Part shown: piece by piece, positions 28,600 through 43,800 of the stretch
Position numbering within the stretch: position 1 is the first letter of the stretch
How the letters are laid out: each line of letters begins with the position of its first letter
Assembly: GCA_040954595.2 (NCBI GenBank)
Contig: CM082589.2
Coordinates: 10,118,894 to 10,182,893 of the forward strand
Direction: 5' to 3'
Length of the DNA stretch: 64,000 bases
Source of the DNA: Balanoglossus misakiensis
Lineage: Eukaryota; Animalia; Hemichordata
Translations under genes and position numbers: made by a program
The notes under the pieces: generated by a model
What the model was told of the DNA's origin: nothing
What the model saw: the letters and a program-made list of their open reading frames with translations, nothing else
Databases searched by the model: none

Positions 28600-31500
28600 C
28601 TATCTATGTGTTCTGCGCCTCACAACAGAAATCGGTAAATAAACGAGGCTGTTTAAAAGCAACCATGGAAATTTTACAGCTATCCGTCGATCTACAGAGT
28701 CTAGTGGAAACGTTCTGATGCGCATAGGCCTATATATGTGTTCTGCGCATCACAACAGAATTTTGTAAACAAACGAGGCTGTGTTTGGAAGCAACCATGG
28801 ACATTTTAGAACTATCTCTCGATCTATAGAGTCTATAGTGGAAAACTTTCTTATGCACATATGCCTATCTATGTGTTCTGCGCCTCACAACAGAATTCGG
28901 TAAATAAACGAGGCTGTTTGGAAGCAACCATGGAAATTTTACAACTATCCGTCGATCTACAGAGTCTAGTGGAAAACGTTATTATGCGCATAGGCCTATA
29001 TATGTGTTCTGCGCATCACAACAGAATTTTGTAAACAAACGAGGCTGTGTTTGGAAGCAACCATGGAAATTTTAGAACTATCTCTCGATCTACAGAGTCT
29101 AGTGGAAAACTTTATTATGCACATATGCCTATCTATGTGTTCTGCGCATCACAACAGAAATCGGTAAATAAACGAGGCTGTTTGGAAGCAACCATGGAAA
29201 TTGTACAACTATCCGTCGATCTACAGAGTCTGGTGGAAAACTTTCTTATGCGCATAGGCCTATTACGTGCTCTGCGCCTCACAACAGAATTCGGTAAATA
29301 AACGAGGCTGTTTGGAAGCAACCATGGAAATTTTAGAACTATCCGTCGATCTACAGAGTCTAGTGGAAAAATGTCTTATGCGCATAGGCCTATCATGTGT
29401 TCTGCGCCTCACAACAGAAATCGGTAAATAAACGAGGCTGTTTGGAAGCAACCATGGAAATTGTACAACTATCCGTCGATCTACAGAGTCTAGTGTAAAA
29501 CGTTCTTATGCGCATAGGCCTATCTATGTGTTATGCGCATCACAACAGAAATCGGTAAATAAACGAGGCTGTATTTGGAAGCAACCATGAAATTTTACAG
29601 CTATCCGTCGATCTACAGAGTCTAGTGGAAACGTTCTTATGCGCATAGGCCTATATATGTGTTCTGCGCATCACAACAGAATTTTGTAAACAAACGAGGC
29701 TGTGTTTGGTAGCAACCATGGACATTTTAGAACTATCTCTCGATCTACAGAGTCTATAGTGGAAAACTTTCTTATGCACATATGCCTATCTATGTGTTCT
29801 GCGCCTCACAACAGAATTCGGTAAATAAACGAGGCTGTTTGGAAGCAACCATGGAAATTTTACAACTATCCGTCGATCTACAGAGTCTAGTGGAAAACGT
29901 TATTATGCGCATAGGCCTATATATGTGTTCTGCGCATCACAACAGAATTTTGTAAACAAACGAGGCTGTGTTTGGAAGCAACCATGGACATTTTAGAACT
30001 ATCTCTCGATCTACAGAGTCTATAGTGGAAAACTTTCTTATGCACATAGGCCTATCTATGTGTTCTGCGCCTCACAACAGAAATCGGTAAATAAACGAGG
30101 CTGTATTTGGAAGCAACCATGAAATTTTACAACTATCCGTCGATCTACAGAGTCTAGTGGAAAAATGTCTCATGCGCATAGGCCTATCATGTGTTCTGCG
30201 CCTCACAACAGAAATCGGTAAATAAACGAGGCTGTTTGGAAGCAACCATGGAAATTTTACAGCTATCCGTCGATCTACAGAGTCTAGTGGAAACGTTCTT
30301 ATGCGCATAGGCCTATATATGTGTTCTGCGCATCACAACATAATTTTGTAAACAAACGAGGCTGTGTTTGGTAGCAACCATGGACATTTTAGAACTATCT
30401 CTCGATCTACAGAGTCTATAGTGGAAAACTTTCTTATGCACATATGCCTATCTATGTGTTCTGCGCCTCACAACAGAAATCGGTAAATAAACGAGGCTGT
30501 TTAAAAGCAACCATGGAAATTTTACAGCTATCCGTCGATCTACAGAGTCTAGTGGAAACGTTCTTATGCGCATAGGCCTATATATGTATTCTGCGCATCA
30601 CAACAGAATTTTGTAAACAAACGAGGCTGTGTTTGGAAGCAACCATGGACATTTTAGAACTATCTCTCGATCTATAGAGTCTATAGTGGAAAACTTTCTT
30701 ATGCACATATGCCTATCTATGTGTTCTGCGCCTCACAACAGAATTCGGTAAATAAACGAGGCTGTTTGGAAGCAACCATGGAAATTTTACAACTATCCGT
30801 CGATCTACAGAGTCTAGTGGAAAACGTTATTATGCGCATAGGCCTATATATGTGTTCTGCGCATCACAACAGAATTTTGTAAACAAACGAGGCTGTGTTT
30901 GGAAGCAACCATGGAAATTTTAAAACTATCTCTCGATCTACAGAGTCTAGTGGAAAACTTTATTATGCACATATGCCTATCTATGTGTTCTGCGCATCAC
31001 AACAGAAATCGGTAAATAAACGAGGCTGTTTGGAAGCAACCATGGAAATTTTACAACTATCCGTCGATCTACAGAGTCTGGTGGAAAACTTTCTTATGCG
31101 CATAGGCCTATTACGTGCTCTGCGCCTCACAACAGAATTCGGTAAATAAACGAGGCTGTTTGGAAGCAACCATGGAACTTTTAGAACTATCCGTCGATCT
31201 ACAGAGTCTAGTGGAAAAATGTCTTATGCGCATAGGCCTATCATGTGTTCTGCGCCTCACAACAGAAATCGGTAAATAAACGAAGCTGTTTGGAAGCAAC
31301 CATGGAAATTGTACAACTATCCGTCGATCTACAGAGTCTAGTGTAAAACGTTCTTATGCGCATAGGCCTATCTATGTGTTATGCGCATCACAACAGAAAT
31401 CGGTAAATAAACGAGGCTGTATTTGGAAGCAACCATGAAATTTTACAGCAATCCGTCGATCTACAGAGTCTAGTGGAAACGTTCTTATGCGCATAGGCCT

Positions 31501-32300
31501 ATATATGTGTTCTGCGCATCACAACAGAATTTTGTAAACAAACGAGGCTGTGTATGGTAGCAACCATGGACATTTTAGAACTATCTCTCGATCTACAGAG
31601 TCTATAGTGGAAAACTTTCTTATGCACATATGCCTATCTATGTGTTCTGCGCCTCACAACAGAATTCGGTAAATAAACGAGGCTGTTTGGAAGCAACCAT
31701 GGAAATTTTACAACTATCCGTCGATCTACAGAGTCTAGTGGAAAACGTTATTATGCGCATAGGCCTATATATGTGTTCTGCGCATCACAACAGAATTTTG
31801 TAAACAAACGAGGCTGTGTTTGGAAGCAACCATGGACATTTTAGAACTATCTCTCGATCTACAGAGTCTATAGTGGAAAACTTTCTTATGCACATAGGCC
31901 TATCTATGTGTTCTGCGCCTCACAACAGAAATCGGTAAATAAACGAGGCTGTATTTGGAAGCAACCATGAAATTTTACAACTATCCGTCGATCTACAGAG
32001 TCTAGTGGAAAAATGTCTCATGCGCATAGGCCTATCATGTGTTCTGCGCCTCACAACAGAAATCGGTAAATAAACGAGGCTGTTTGGAAGCAACCATGGA
32101 AATTTTACAGCTATCCGTCGATCTACAGAGTCTAGTGGAAACGTTCTTATGCGCATAGGCCTATATATGTGTTCTGCGCATCACAACAGAATTTTGTAAA
32201 CAAACGAGGCTGTGTTTGGTAGCAACCATGGACATTTTAGAACTATCTCTCGATCTACAGAGTCTATAGTGGAAAACTTTCTTATGCACATATGCCTATC
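28600..32300. repeat. Local 14-monomer higher-order repeat (period 1848 bp)
   Basis: Recurring ORFs at 29047/30895, 29263/31111 and 30072/31920; the rare variant AGTGTAAAAC appears at ~29492 and ~31340. Confidence 0.85.
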
Positions 32301-35300
32301 TATGTGTTCTGCGCCTCACAACAGAATTCGGTAAATAAACGAGGCTGTTTGGAAGCAACCATGGAAATTTTACAACTATCCGTCGATCTACAGAGTCTAG
32401 TGGAAAACGTTATTATGCGCATAGGCCTATATATGTGTTCTGCGCATCACAACAGAATTTTGTAAACAAACGAGGCTGTGTTTGGAAGCAACCATGGACA
32501 TTTTAGAACTATCTCTCGATCTACAGAGTCTATAGTGGAAAACTTTCTTATGCACATAGGCCTATCTATGTGTTCTGTGCCTCACAACAGAATTCGGTAA
32601 ATAAACGAGGCTGTTTGGAAGCAACCATGGAAATTTTACAACTATCCGTCGATCTACAGAGTCTAGTGGAAAACGTTCTTATGCGCATAGGCCTATATAT
32701 GTGTTCTGCGCATCACAAAAGAATTTTGTAAACAAACGAGGCTGTGTTTGGAAGCAACCATGGACATTTTAGAACTATCTCTCGATCTACAGAGTCTATA
32801 GTGGAAAACTTTCTTATGCACATATGCCTATCTATGTGTTCTGCGCCTCAAAACAGAATTCCGTAAATAAACGAGGCTGTTTGGAAGCAAACATGGCAAT
32901 TTTAGAACTATCTCTCGATCTACAGAGTATAGTGGAAAACGTTCATATGCGCATAGGCCTATCTATGTGTTCTGCGCATCACAACAGAATTTTGTAAACA
33001 AACCAGGCTTTGTTTGGAAGCAACCATGGACATTTTAGAACTATTCGTCGATCTACGGAGTCTAGTGGAAAACTTTCTTATGCGCATAGGCATATGTATG
33101 TGTTCTACGCATCACAACAGAATTCGGTAAATAAACGAGGCTGTTTGGAAACAACCATGGAAATTTTAGAACTATCCGTTGATCTAAAGTTGAAAAGTTT
33201 TTTATGCGCATAGGCCTATCTATGTGTTCTGCGCCTCACAACAGAAATCGGTAAATAAACGAGGCTGTTTGGAAGCAACCATGGAAATTTTACAACTATC
33301 TCTCGATCTACAGAGTCTATAGTGGAAAACTTTCTTATTCACATATGCCTATCTATGTGTTCTGCGCCTCAAAACAGAATTCCGCAAATAAACGAGGCTG
33401 TTTGGAAGCAAACATGGAAGTTTTAGAACTATCTCTCGATCTACAGTGTATAGTGGAAAACGTTCATATGCGCATAGGCCTATCTATGTGTTCTGCGCAT
33501 CACAACAGAATTTTGTAAACAAACGAGGCTGTGTTTGGTAGCAACCATGGACATTTTAGAACTATCTCTCGATCTACAGAGTCTATAGTGGAAAACTTTC
33601 TTATGCACATATGCCTATCTATGTGTTCTGCGCCTCACAACAGAATTCGGTAAATAAACGAGGCTGTTTGGAAGCAACCATGGAAATTTTACAACTATCC
33701 GTCGATCTACGGAGTCTGGTGGAAAACTTTCTTATGCGCATAGGCCTATTACGTGTTCTGCGTCTCACAACAGAATTCGGTAAATAAACGAGGCTGTTTG
33801 GAAGCAACCATGGAAATTTTAGAACTATCTCTCGATCTACAGAGTCTAGTGGAAAACGTTCTTATGCGCATAGGCCTATATATGTGTTCTGCGCATCACA
33901 ACAGAATTCGTAAACAAACGAGGTTGTTTGGAAGCAACCATGGAAATTTTACAACTATCCGTCGATCTACAGAGTCTAGTGGAAAAATGTCTTATGCGCA
34001 TTGGCCTATCATGTGTTCTGCGCCTCACAACAGAAATCAGTAAATAAACGAGGCTGTTTGGAAGCAACCATGGAAATTTTACAACTATCAGTCCATCTAC
34101 AGAGTCTGGTGGAAAACTTTCTTATGCGCATAGGCCTATAACGTGTTCTGCGCCTAACAACAGAATTCGGTAAATAAACGAGGCTGTTTGGAAGCAACCA
34201 TGGAAATTTTACAACTATCCGTCAATCTACAGAGTCTAGTGGAAACGTTCTTATGCGCATAGGCCTATATATGTGTTCTGCGCATCACAACAGAATTTTG
34301 TAAACAAACGAGGCTGTGTTTGGTAGCAACCATGGACATTTTAGAACTATCTCTCGATCTACAGAGTCTATAGTGGAAAACTTTCTTATGCACATATGCC
34401 TATCTATGTGTTCTGCGCCTCACAACAGAATTCGGTAAATAAACGAGGCTGTTTGGAAGCAACCATGGAAATTTTACAACTATCCGTCGATCTACAGAGT
34501 CTAGTGGAAAACGTTATTATGCGCATAGGCCTATATATGTGTTCTGCGCATCACAACAGAATTTTGTAAACAAACGAGGCTGTGTTTGGAAGCAACCATG
34601 GACATTTTAGAACTATCTCTCGATCTACAGAGTCTATAGTGGAAAACTTTCTTATGCACATAGGCCTATCTATGTGTTCTGTGCCTTACAACAGAATTCG
34701 GTAAATAAACGAGGCTGTTTGGAAGCAACCATGGAAATTTTAGAACTATCCGTCGATGTACAGAGTCTAGTGGAAAACGTTATTATGCGCATAGGCCTAT
34801 ATATGTGTTCTGCGCATCACAACAGAATTTTGTAAACAAACGAGGCTGTGTTTGGAAGCAACCATGGACATTTTAGAACTATCTCTCGATCTACAGAGTC
34901 TATAGTGGAAAACTTTCTTATGCACATTTGCCTATCTATGTGTTCTGCGCCTCAAAACAGAATTCCGTAAATAAACGAGGCTGTTTGGAAGCAAACATGG
35001 AAATTTTAGAACTATCTCTCGATCTACAGAGTATAGTGGAAAACGTTCATATGCGCATAGGCCTATCTATGTGTTCTGCGCATCACAACAGAATTTTGTA
35101 AACAAACCAGGCTTTGTTTGGAAGCAACCATGGACATTTTAGAACTATTCGTCGATCTACGGAGTCTAGTGGAAAACTTTCTTATGCGCATAGGCATATG
35201 TATGTGTTCTACGCATCACAACAGAATTCGGTAAATAAACGAGGCTGTTTGGAAACAACCATGGAAATTTTAGAACTATCCGTTGATCTAAAGTTGAAAA

Positions 35301-37849
35301 GTTTTTTATGCGCATAGGCCTATCTATGTGTTCTGCGCCTCACAACAGAAATCGGTAAATAAACGAGGCTGTTTGGAAGCAACCATGGAAATTTTACAAC
35401 TATCTCTCGATCTACAGAGTCTATAGTGGAAAACTTTCTTATTCACATATGCCTATCTATGTGTTCTGCGCCTCAAAACAGAATTCCGCAAATAAACGAG
35501 GCTGTTTGGAAGCAAACATGGAAGTTTTAGAACTATCTCTCGATCTACAGTGTATGGTGGAAAACGTTCATATGCGCATAGGCCTATCTATGTGTTCTGC
35601 GCATCACAACAGAATTTTGTAAACAAACGAGGCTGTGTTTGGTAGCAACCATGGACATTTTAGAACTATCTCTCGATCTACAGAGTCTATAGTGGAAAAC
35701 TTTCTTATGCACATATGCCTATCTATGTGTTCTGCGCCTCACAACAGAATTCGGTAAATAAACGAGGCTGTTTGGAAGCAACCATGGAAATTTTACAACT
35801 ATCCGTCGATCTACGGAGTCTGGTGGAAAACTTTCTTATGCGCATAGCCCTATATATGTGTTCTGCGCATCACAACAGAATTCGTAAACAAACGAGGTTG
35901 TTTGGAAGCAACCATGGAAATTTTACAACTATCCGTCGATCTACAGAGTCTAGTGGAAAAATGTCTTATGCGCATTGGCCTATCATGTGTTCTGCGCCTC
36001 ACAACAGAAATCAGTAAATAAACGAGGCTGTTTGGAAGCAACCATGGAAATTTTACAACTATCAGTCCATCTACAGAGTCTGGTGGAAAACTTTCTTATG
36101 CGCATAGGCCTATAACGTGTTCTGCGCCTAACAACAGAATTCGGTAAATAAACGAGGCTGTTTGGAAGCAACCATGGAAATTTTACAACTATCCGTCGAT
36201 CTACAGAGTCTGGTGGAAAACTTTCTTATGCGCATAGGCCTATAACGTGTTCTGCGCCTAACAACAGAATTCGGTAAATAAACGAGGCTGTTTGGAAGCA
36301 ACCATGGAAATTTTACAACTATCCGTCGATCTACAGAGTCTAGTGGAAAACGTTATAATGCGCATAGGCCTATCTATGTGTTATGCGCATCACAACAGAA
36401 ATCGGTAAATAAACGAGGCTGTATTTGGAAGCAACCATGAACATTTTACAACTATCCGTCGATCTACAGAGTCTAGTGGAAAACGTTCTTATGCGCATAG
36501 GCCTATATATGTGTTCTGCGCATCACAACAGAATTCGGTAAACAAACGAGGTTGTTTGGAAGCAACCATGGACATTTTACAACTATCCGTCGATCTACAC
36601 AGTCTAGTGGAAAAATGTCGTATGCGCATAGGCCTATCATGTGTTCTGCGCCTCAAAACAGAATTCCGTAAATAAACGAGGCTGTTTGCAAGCAAACATG
36701 GAAATTTTACAGCTATCCGTCGATCTACAGAGTCTAGTGGAAAACGTTCTTTTGCGCATAGGCCTATATATGTGTTATGCGCATCACAACAGAAATCGGT
36801 AAATAAACGAGGCTGTATTTGGAAGCAACCATGGACATTTTACAACTATCCGTCGATCTACAGAGTCTTGTGGAAAACTTTCTAATGCGCATAGGCCTAT
36901 TACGTGTTCTGCGCCTCACAACAGAATTCCGTAAATAAACGAGGCTGTTTGGAAGCAACCATGGAAATGTTAGAACTATCCGTCGATCTACAGAGTCTAG
37001 TGGAAAAATGTCTTATGCGCATAGGCCTATCATGTGTTCTGCGCCTCACAACAGAAATCGGTAAATAAACGAGGCAGTTTGGAAGCAACCATGGAAATTT
37101 TACAGCTATCCGTCGATCTACAGAGTCTAGTGGAAAACGTTCTTTTGCGCATAGGCCTATATATGTGTTCTGCGCATCACAACATAATTTTGTAAACAAA
37201 CGAGGCTGTGTTTGGAAGCAACCATGGACATTTTAGAACTATCTCTCGATCTACAGAGTCTATAGTGGAAAACTTTCTTATGCACATATGCCTATCTATG
37301 TGTTCTGCGCCTAAAAACAGAATTCCGTAAATAAACGAGGCTGTTTGGAAGCAAACATGGCAATTTTACAGCTATCCGTGGATATACAGAGTCTAGTGGA
37401 AAACGTTCTTATGCGCATAGGCCTATATATGTGTTCTGCGCATCACAACAGAATTTTGTAAACAAACGAGGCTGTGTTTGGAAGCAACCATGGAAATTTT
37501 AGAACTATCCGTTGATCTAAAGTTGAAAAGTTTTTTATGCGCATAGGCCTATCTATGTGTTCTGCGCCTCACAACAGAAATCGGTAAATAAACGAGGCTG
37601 TTTGGAAGCAACCATGGAAATTTTACAACTATCTCTCGATCTACAGAGTCTATAGTGGAAAACTTTCTTATTCACATATGCCTATCTATGTGTTCTGCGC
37701 CTCAAAACAGAATTCCGCAAATAAACGAGGCTGTTTGGAAGCAAACATGGAAGTTTTAGAACTATCTCTCGATCTACAGTGTATAGTGGAAAACGTTCAT
37801 ATGCGCATAGGCCTATTTATGTGTTCTGCGCATCACAACAGAATTTTGT

Positions 37850-40800
37850 AAACAAACGAGGCTGTGTTTGGTAGCAACCATGGACATTTTAGAACTATCT
37901 CTCGATCTACAGAGTCTATAGTGGAAAACTTTCTTATGCACATAGGCCTATCTATGTGTTCTGCGCCTCACAACAGAATTCGGTAAATAAACGAGGCTGT
38001 TTGGAAGCAACCATGGAAATTTTACAACTATCCGTCGATCTACGGAGTCTGGTGGAAAACTTTCTTATGCGCATAGGCCTATTACGTGTTCTGCGTCTCA
38101 CAACAGAATTCGGTAAATAAACGAGGCTGTTTGGAAGCAACCATGGAAATTTTAGAACTATCTCTCGATCTACAGAGTCTAGTGGAAAACGTTCTTATGC
38201 GCATAGGCCTATATATGTGTTCTGCGCATCACAACAGAATTCGTAAACAAACGAGGTTGTTTGGAAGCAACCATGGAAATTTTACAACTATCCGTCGATC
38301 TACAGAGTCTAGTGGAAAAATGTCTTATGCGCATTGGCCTATCATGTGTTCTGCGCCTCACAACAGAAATCAGTAAATAAACGAGGCTGTTTGGAAGCAA
38401 CCATGGAAATTTTACAACTATCCGTCGATCTACAGAGTCTAGTGGAAACGTTCTTATGCGCATAGGCCTATATATGTGTTCTGCGCATCACAACAGAATT
38501 TTGTAAACAAACGAGGCTGTGTTTGGTAGCAACCATGGACATTTTAGAACTATCTCTCGATCTACAGAGTCTATAGTGGAAAACTTTCTTATGCACATAT
38601 GCCTATCTATGTGTTCTGCGCCTCACAACAGAATTCGGTAAATAAACGAGGCTGTTTGGAAGCAACCATGGAAATTTTACAACTATCCGTCGATCTACAG
38701 AGTCTAGTGGAAAACGTTATTATGCGCATAGGCCTATATATGTGTTCTGCGCATCACAACAGAATTTTGTAAACAAACGAGGCTGTGTTTGGAAGCAACC
38801 ATGGACATTTTAGAACTATCTCTCGATCTACAGAGTCTATAGTGGAAAACTTTCTTATGCACATAGGCCTATCTATGTGTTCTGTGCCTTACAACAGAAT
38901 TCGGTAAATAAACGAGGCTGTTTGGAAGCAACCATGGAAATTTTACAACTATCCGTCGATCTACAGAGTCTAGTGGAAAACGTTATTATGCGCATAGGCC
39001 TATATATGTGTTCTGCGCGTCACAACAGAATTTTGTAAACAAACGAGGCTGTGTTTGGAAGCAACCATGGACATTTTAGAACTATCTCTCGATCTACAGA
39101 GTCTATAGTGGAAAACTTTCTTATGCACATATGCCTATCTATGTGTTCTGCGCCTCAAAACAGAATTCCGTAAATAAACGAGGCTGTTTGGAAGCAAACA
39201 TGGAAATTTTAGAACTATCTCTCGATCTACAGAGTATAGTGGAAAACGTTCATATGCGCATAGGCCTATCTATGTGTTCTGCGCATCACAACAGAATTTT
39301 GTAAACAAACCAGGCTTTGTTTGGAAGCAACCATGGACATTTTAGAACTATTCGTCGATCTACGGAGTCTAGTGGAAAACTTTCTTATGCGCATAGGCAT
39401 ATGTATGTGTTCTACGCATCACAACAGAATTCGGTAAATAAACGAGGCTGTTTGGAAACAACCATGGAAATTTTAGAACTATCCGTTGATCTAAAGTTGA
39501 AAAGTTTTTTATGCGCATAGGCCTATCTATGTGTTCTGCGCCTCACAACAGAAATCGGTAAATAAACGAGGCTGTTTGGAAGCAACCATGGAAATTTTAC
39601 AACTATCTCTCGATCTACAGAGTCTATAGTGGAAAACTTTCTTATTCACATATGCCTATCTATGTGTTCTGCGCCTCAAAACAGAATTCCGCAAATAAAC
39701 GAGGCTGTTTGGAAGCAAACATGGAAGTTTTAGAACTATCTCTCGATCTACAGTGTATGGTGGAAAACGTTCATATGCGCATAGGCCTATCTATGTGTTC
39801 TGCGCATCACAACAGAATTTTGTAAACAAACGAGGCTGTGTTTGGTAGCAACCATGGACATTTTAGAACTATCTCTCGATCTACAGAGTCTATACTGGAA
39901 AACTTTCTTATGCACATATGCCTATCTATGTGTTCTGCGCCTCACAACAGAATTCGGTAAATAAACGAGGCTGTTTGGAAGCAACCATGGAAATTTTACA
40001 ACTATCCGTCGATCTACGGAGTCTGGTGGAAAACTTTCTTATGCGCATAGCCCTATATATGTGTTCTGCGCATCACAACAGAATTTTGTAAACAAACGAG
40101 GCTGTGTTTGGTAGCAACCATGGACATTTTAGAACTATCTCTCGATCTACAGAGTCTATAGTGGAAAACTTTCTTATGCACATAGGCCTATCTATGTGTT
40201 CTGCGCCTCACAACAGAATTCGGTAAATAAACGAGGCTGTTTGGAAGCAACCATGGAAATTTTACAACTATCCGTCGATCTACGGAGTCTGGTGGAAAAC
40301 TTTCTTATGCGCATAGGCCTATTACGTGTTCTGCGTCTCACAACAGAATTCGGTAAATAAACGAGGCTGTTTGGAAGCAACCATGGAAATTTTAGAACTA
40401 TCTCTCGATCTACAGAGTCTAGTGGAAAACGTTCTTATGCGCATAGGCCTATATATGTGTTCTGCGCATCACAACAGAATTCGTAAACAAACGAGGTTGT
40501 TTGGAAGCAACCATGGAAATTTTACAACTATCCGTCGATCTACAGAGTCTAGTGGAAAAATGTCTTATGCGCATTGGCCTATCATGTGTTCTGCGCCTCA
40601 CAACAGAAATCAGTAAATAAACGAGGCTGTTTGGAAGCAACCATGGAAATTTTACAACTATCCGTCGATCTACAGAGTCTAGTGGAAACGTTCTTATGCG
40701 CATAGGCCTATATATGTGTTCTGCGCATCACAACAGAATTTTGTAAACAAACGAGGCTGTGTTTGGTAGCAACCATGGACATTTTAGAACTATCTCTCGA

Positions 40801-43800
40801 TCTACAGAGTCTATAGTGGAAAACTTTCTTATGCACATATGCCTATCTATGTGTTCTGCGCCTCACAACAGAATTCGGTAAATAAACGAGGCTGTTTGGA
40901 AGCAACCATGGAAATTTTACAACTATCCGTCGATCTACAGAGTCTAGTGGAAAACGTTATTATGCGCATAGGCCTATATATGTGTTCTGCGCATCACAAC
41001 AGAATTTTGTAAACAAACGAGGCTGTGTTTGGAAGCAACCATGGACATTTTAGAACTATCTCTCGATCTACAGAGTCTATAGTGGAAAACTTTCTTATGC
41101 ACATAGGCCTATCTATGTGTTCTGTGCCTTACAACAGAATTCGGTAAATAAACGAGGCTGTTTGGAAGCAACCATGGAAATTTTACAACTATCCGTCGAT
41201 CTACAGAGTCTAGTGGAAAACGTTATTATGCGCATAGGCCTATATATGTGTTCTGCGCATCACAACAGAATTTTGTAAACAAACGAGGCTGTGTTTGGAA
41301 GCAACCATGGACATTTTAGAACTATCTCTCGATCTACAGAGTCTATAGTGGAAAACTTTCTTATGCACATATGCCTATCTATGTGTTCTGCGCCTCAAAA
41401 CAGAATTCCGTAAATAAACGAGGCTGTTTGGAAGCAAACATGGAAATTTTAGAACTATCTCTCGATCTACAGAGTATAGTGGAAAACGTTCATATGCGCA
41501 TAGGCCTATCTATGTGTTCTGCGCATCACAACAGAATTTTGTAAACAAACCAGGCTTTGTTTGGAAGCAACCATGGACATTTTAGAACTATTCGTCGATC
41601 TACGGAGTCTAGTGGAAAACTTTCTTATGCGCATAGGCATATGTATGTGTTCTACGCATCACAACAGAATTCGGTAAATAAACGAGGCTGTTTGGAAACA
41701 ACCATGGAAATTTTAGAACTATCCGTTGATCTAAAGTTGAAAAGTTTTTTATGCGCATAGGCCTATCTATGTGTTCTGCGCCTCACAACAGAAATCGGTA
41801 AATAAACGAGGCTGTTTGGAAGCAACCATGGAAATTTTACAACTATCTCTCGATCTACAGAGTCTATAGTGGAAAACTTTCTTATTCACATATGCCTATC
41901 TATGTGTTCTGCGCCTCAAAACAGAATTCCGCAAATAAACGAGGCTGTTTGGAAGCAAACATGGAAGTTTTAGAACTATCTCTCGATCTACAGTGTATGG
42001 TGGAAAACGTTCATATGCGCATAGGCCTATCTATGTGTTCTGCGCATCACAACAGAATTTTGTAAACAAACGAGGCTGTGTTTGGTAGCAACCATGGACA
42101 TTTTAGAACTATCTCTCGATCTACAGAGTCTATAGTGGAAAACTTTCTTATGCACATATGCCTATCTATGTGTTCTGCGCCTCACAACAGAATTCGGTAA
42201 ATAAACGAGGCTGTTTGGAAGCAACCATGGAAATTTTACAACTATCCGTCGATCTACGGAGTCTGGTGGAAAACTTTCTTATGCGCATAGCCCTATATAT
42301 GTGTTCTGCGCATCACAACAGAATTCGTAAACAAACGAGGTTGTTTGGAAGCAACCATGGAAATTTTACAACTATCCGTCGATCTACAGAGTCTAGTGGA
42401 AAAATGTCTTATGCGCATTGGCCTATCATGTGTTCTGCGCCTCACAACAGAAATCAGTAAATAAACGAGGCTGTTTGGAAGCAACCATGGAAATTTTACA
42501 ACTATCAGTCCATCTACAGAGTCTGGTGGAAAACTTTCTTATGCGCATAGGCCTATAACGTGTTCTGCGCCTAACAACAGAATTCGGTAAATAAACGAGG
42601 CTGTTTGGAAGCAACCATGGAAATTTTACAAAAATCCGTCGATCTATAGAGTCTGGTGGAAAACTTTCTTATGCGCATAGGCCTATAACGTGTTCTGCGC
42701 CTAACAACAGAATTCGGTAAATAAACGAGGCTGTTTGGAAGCAACCATGGAAATTTTACAACTATCCGTCGATCTACAGAGTCTAGTGGAAAACGTTATA
42801 ATGCGCATAGGCCTATCTATGTGTTATGCGCATCACAACAGAAATCGGTAAATAAACGAGGCTGTATTTGGAAGCAACCATGAACATTTTACAACTATCC
42901 GTCGATCTACAGAGTCTAGTGGAAAACGTTCTTATGCGCATAGGCCTATATATGTGTTCTGCGCATCACAACAGAATTCGGTAAACAAACGAGGTTGTTT
43001 GGAAGCAACCATGGAAATTTTACAACTATCCGTCGATCTACAGAGTCTAGTGGAAAAATGTCGTATGCGCATAGGCCTATCATGTGTTCTGCGCCTCAAA
43101 ACAGAATTCCGTAAATAAACAAGGCTGTTTGCAAGCAAACATGGAAATTTTACAGCTATCCGTCGATCTACAGAGTCTAGTGGAAAACGTTCTTTTGCGC
43201 ATAGGCCTATATATATGTTATGCGCATCACAACAGAAATCGGTAAATAAACGAGGCTGTATTTGGAAGCAACCATGGACATTTTACAACTATCCGTCGAT
43301 CTACAGAGTCCTGTGGAAAACTTTCTAATGCGCATAGGCCTATTACGTGTTCTGCGCCTCACAACAGAATTCCGTAAATAAACGAGGCTGTTTGGAAGCA
43401 ACCATGGAAATTTTACAACTATCCGTCGATCTACGGAGTCTGGTGGAAAACTTTCTTATGCGCATAGGCCTATTACGTGTTCTGCGTCTCACAACAGAAT
43501 TCGGTAAATAAACGAGGCTGTTTGGAAGCAACCATGGAAATTTTAGAACTATCTCTCGATCTACAGAGTCTAGTGGAAAACGTTCTTATGCGCATAGGCC
43601 TATATATGTGTTCTGCGCATCACAACAGAATTCGTAAACAAACGAGGTTGTTTGGAAGCAACCATGGAAATTTTACAACTATCCGTCGATCTACAGAGTC
43701 TAGTGGAAAAATGTCTTATGCGCATTGGCCTATCATGTGTTCTGCGCCTCACAACAGAAATCAGTAAATAAACGAGGCTGTTTGGAAGCAACCATGGAAA

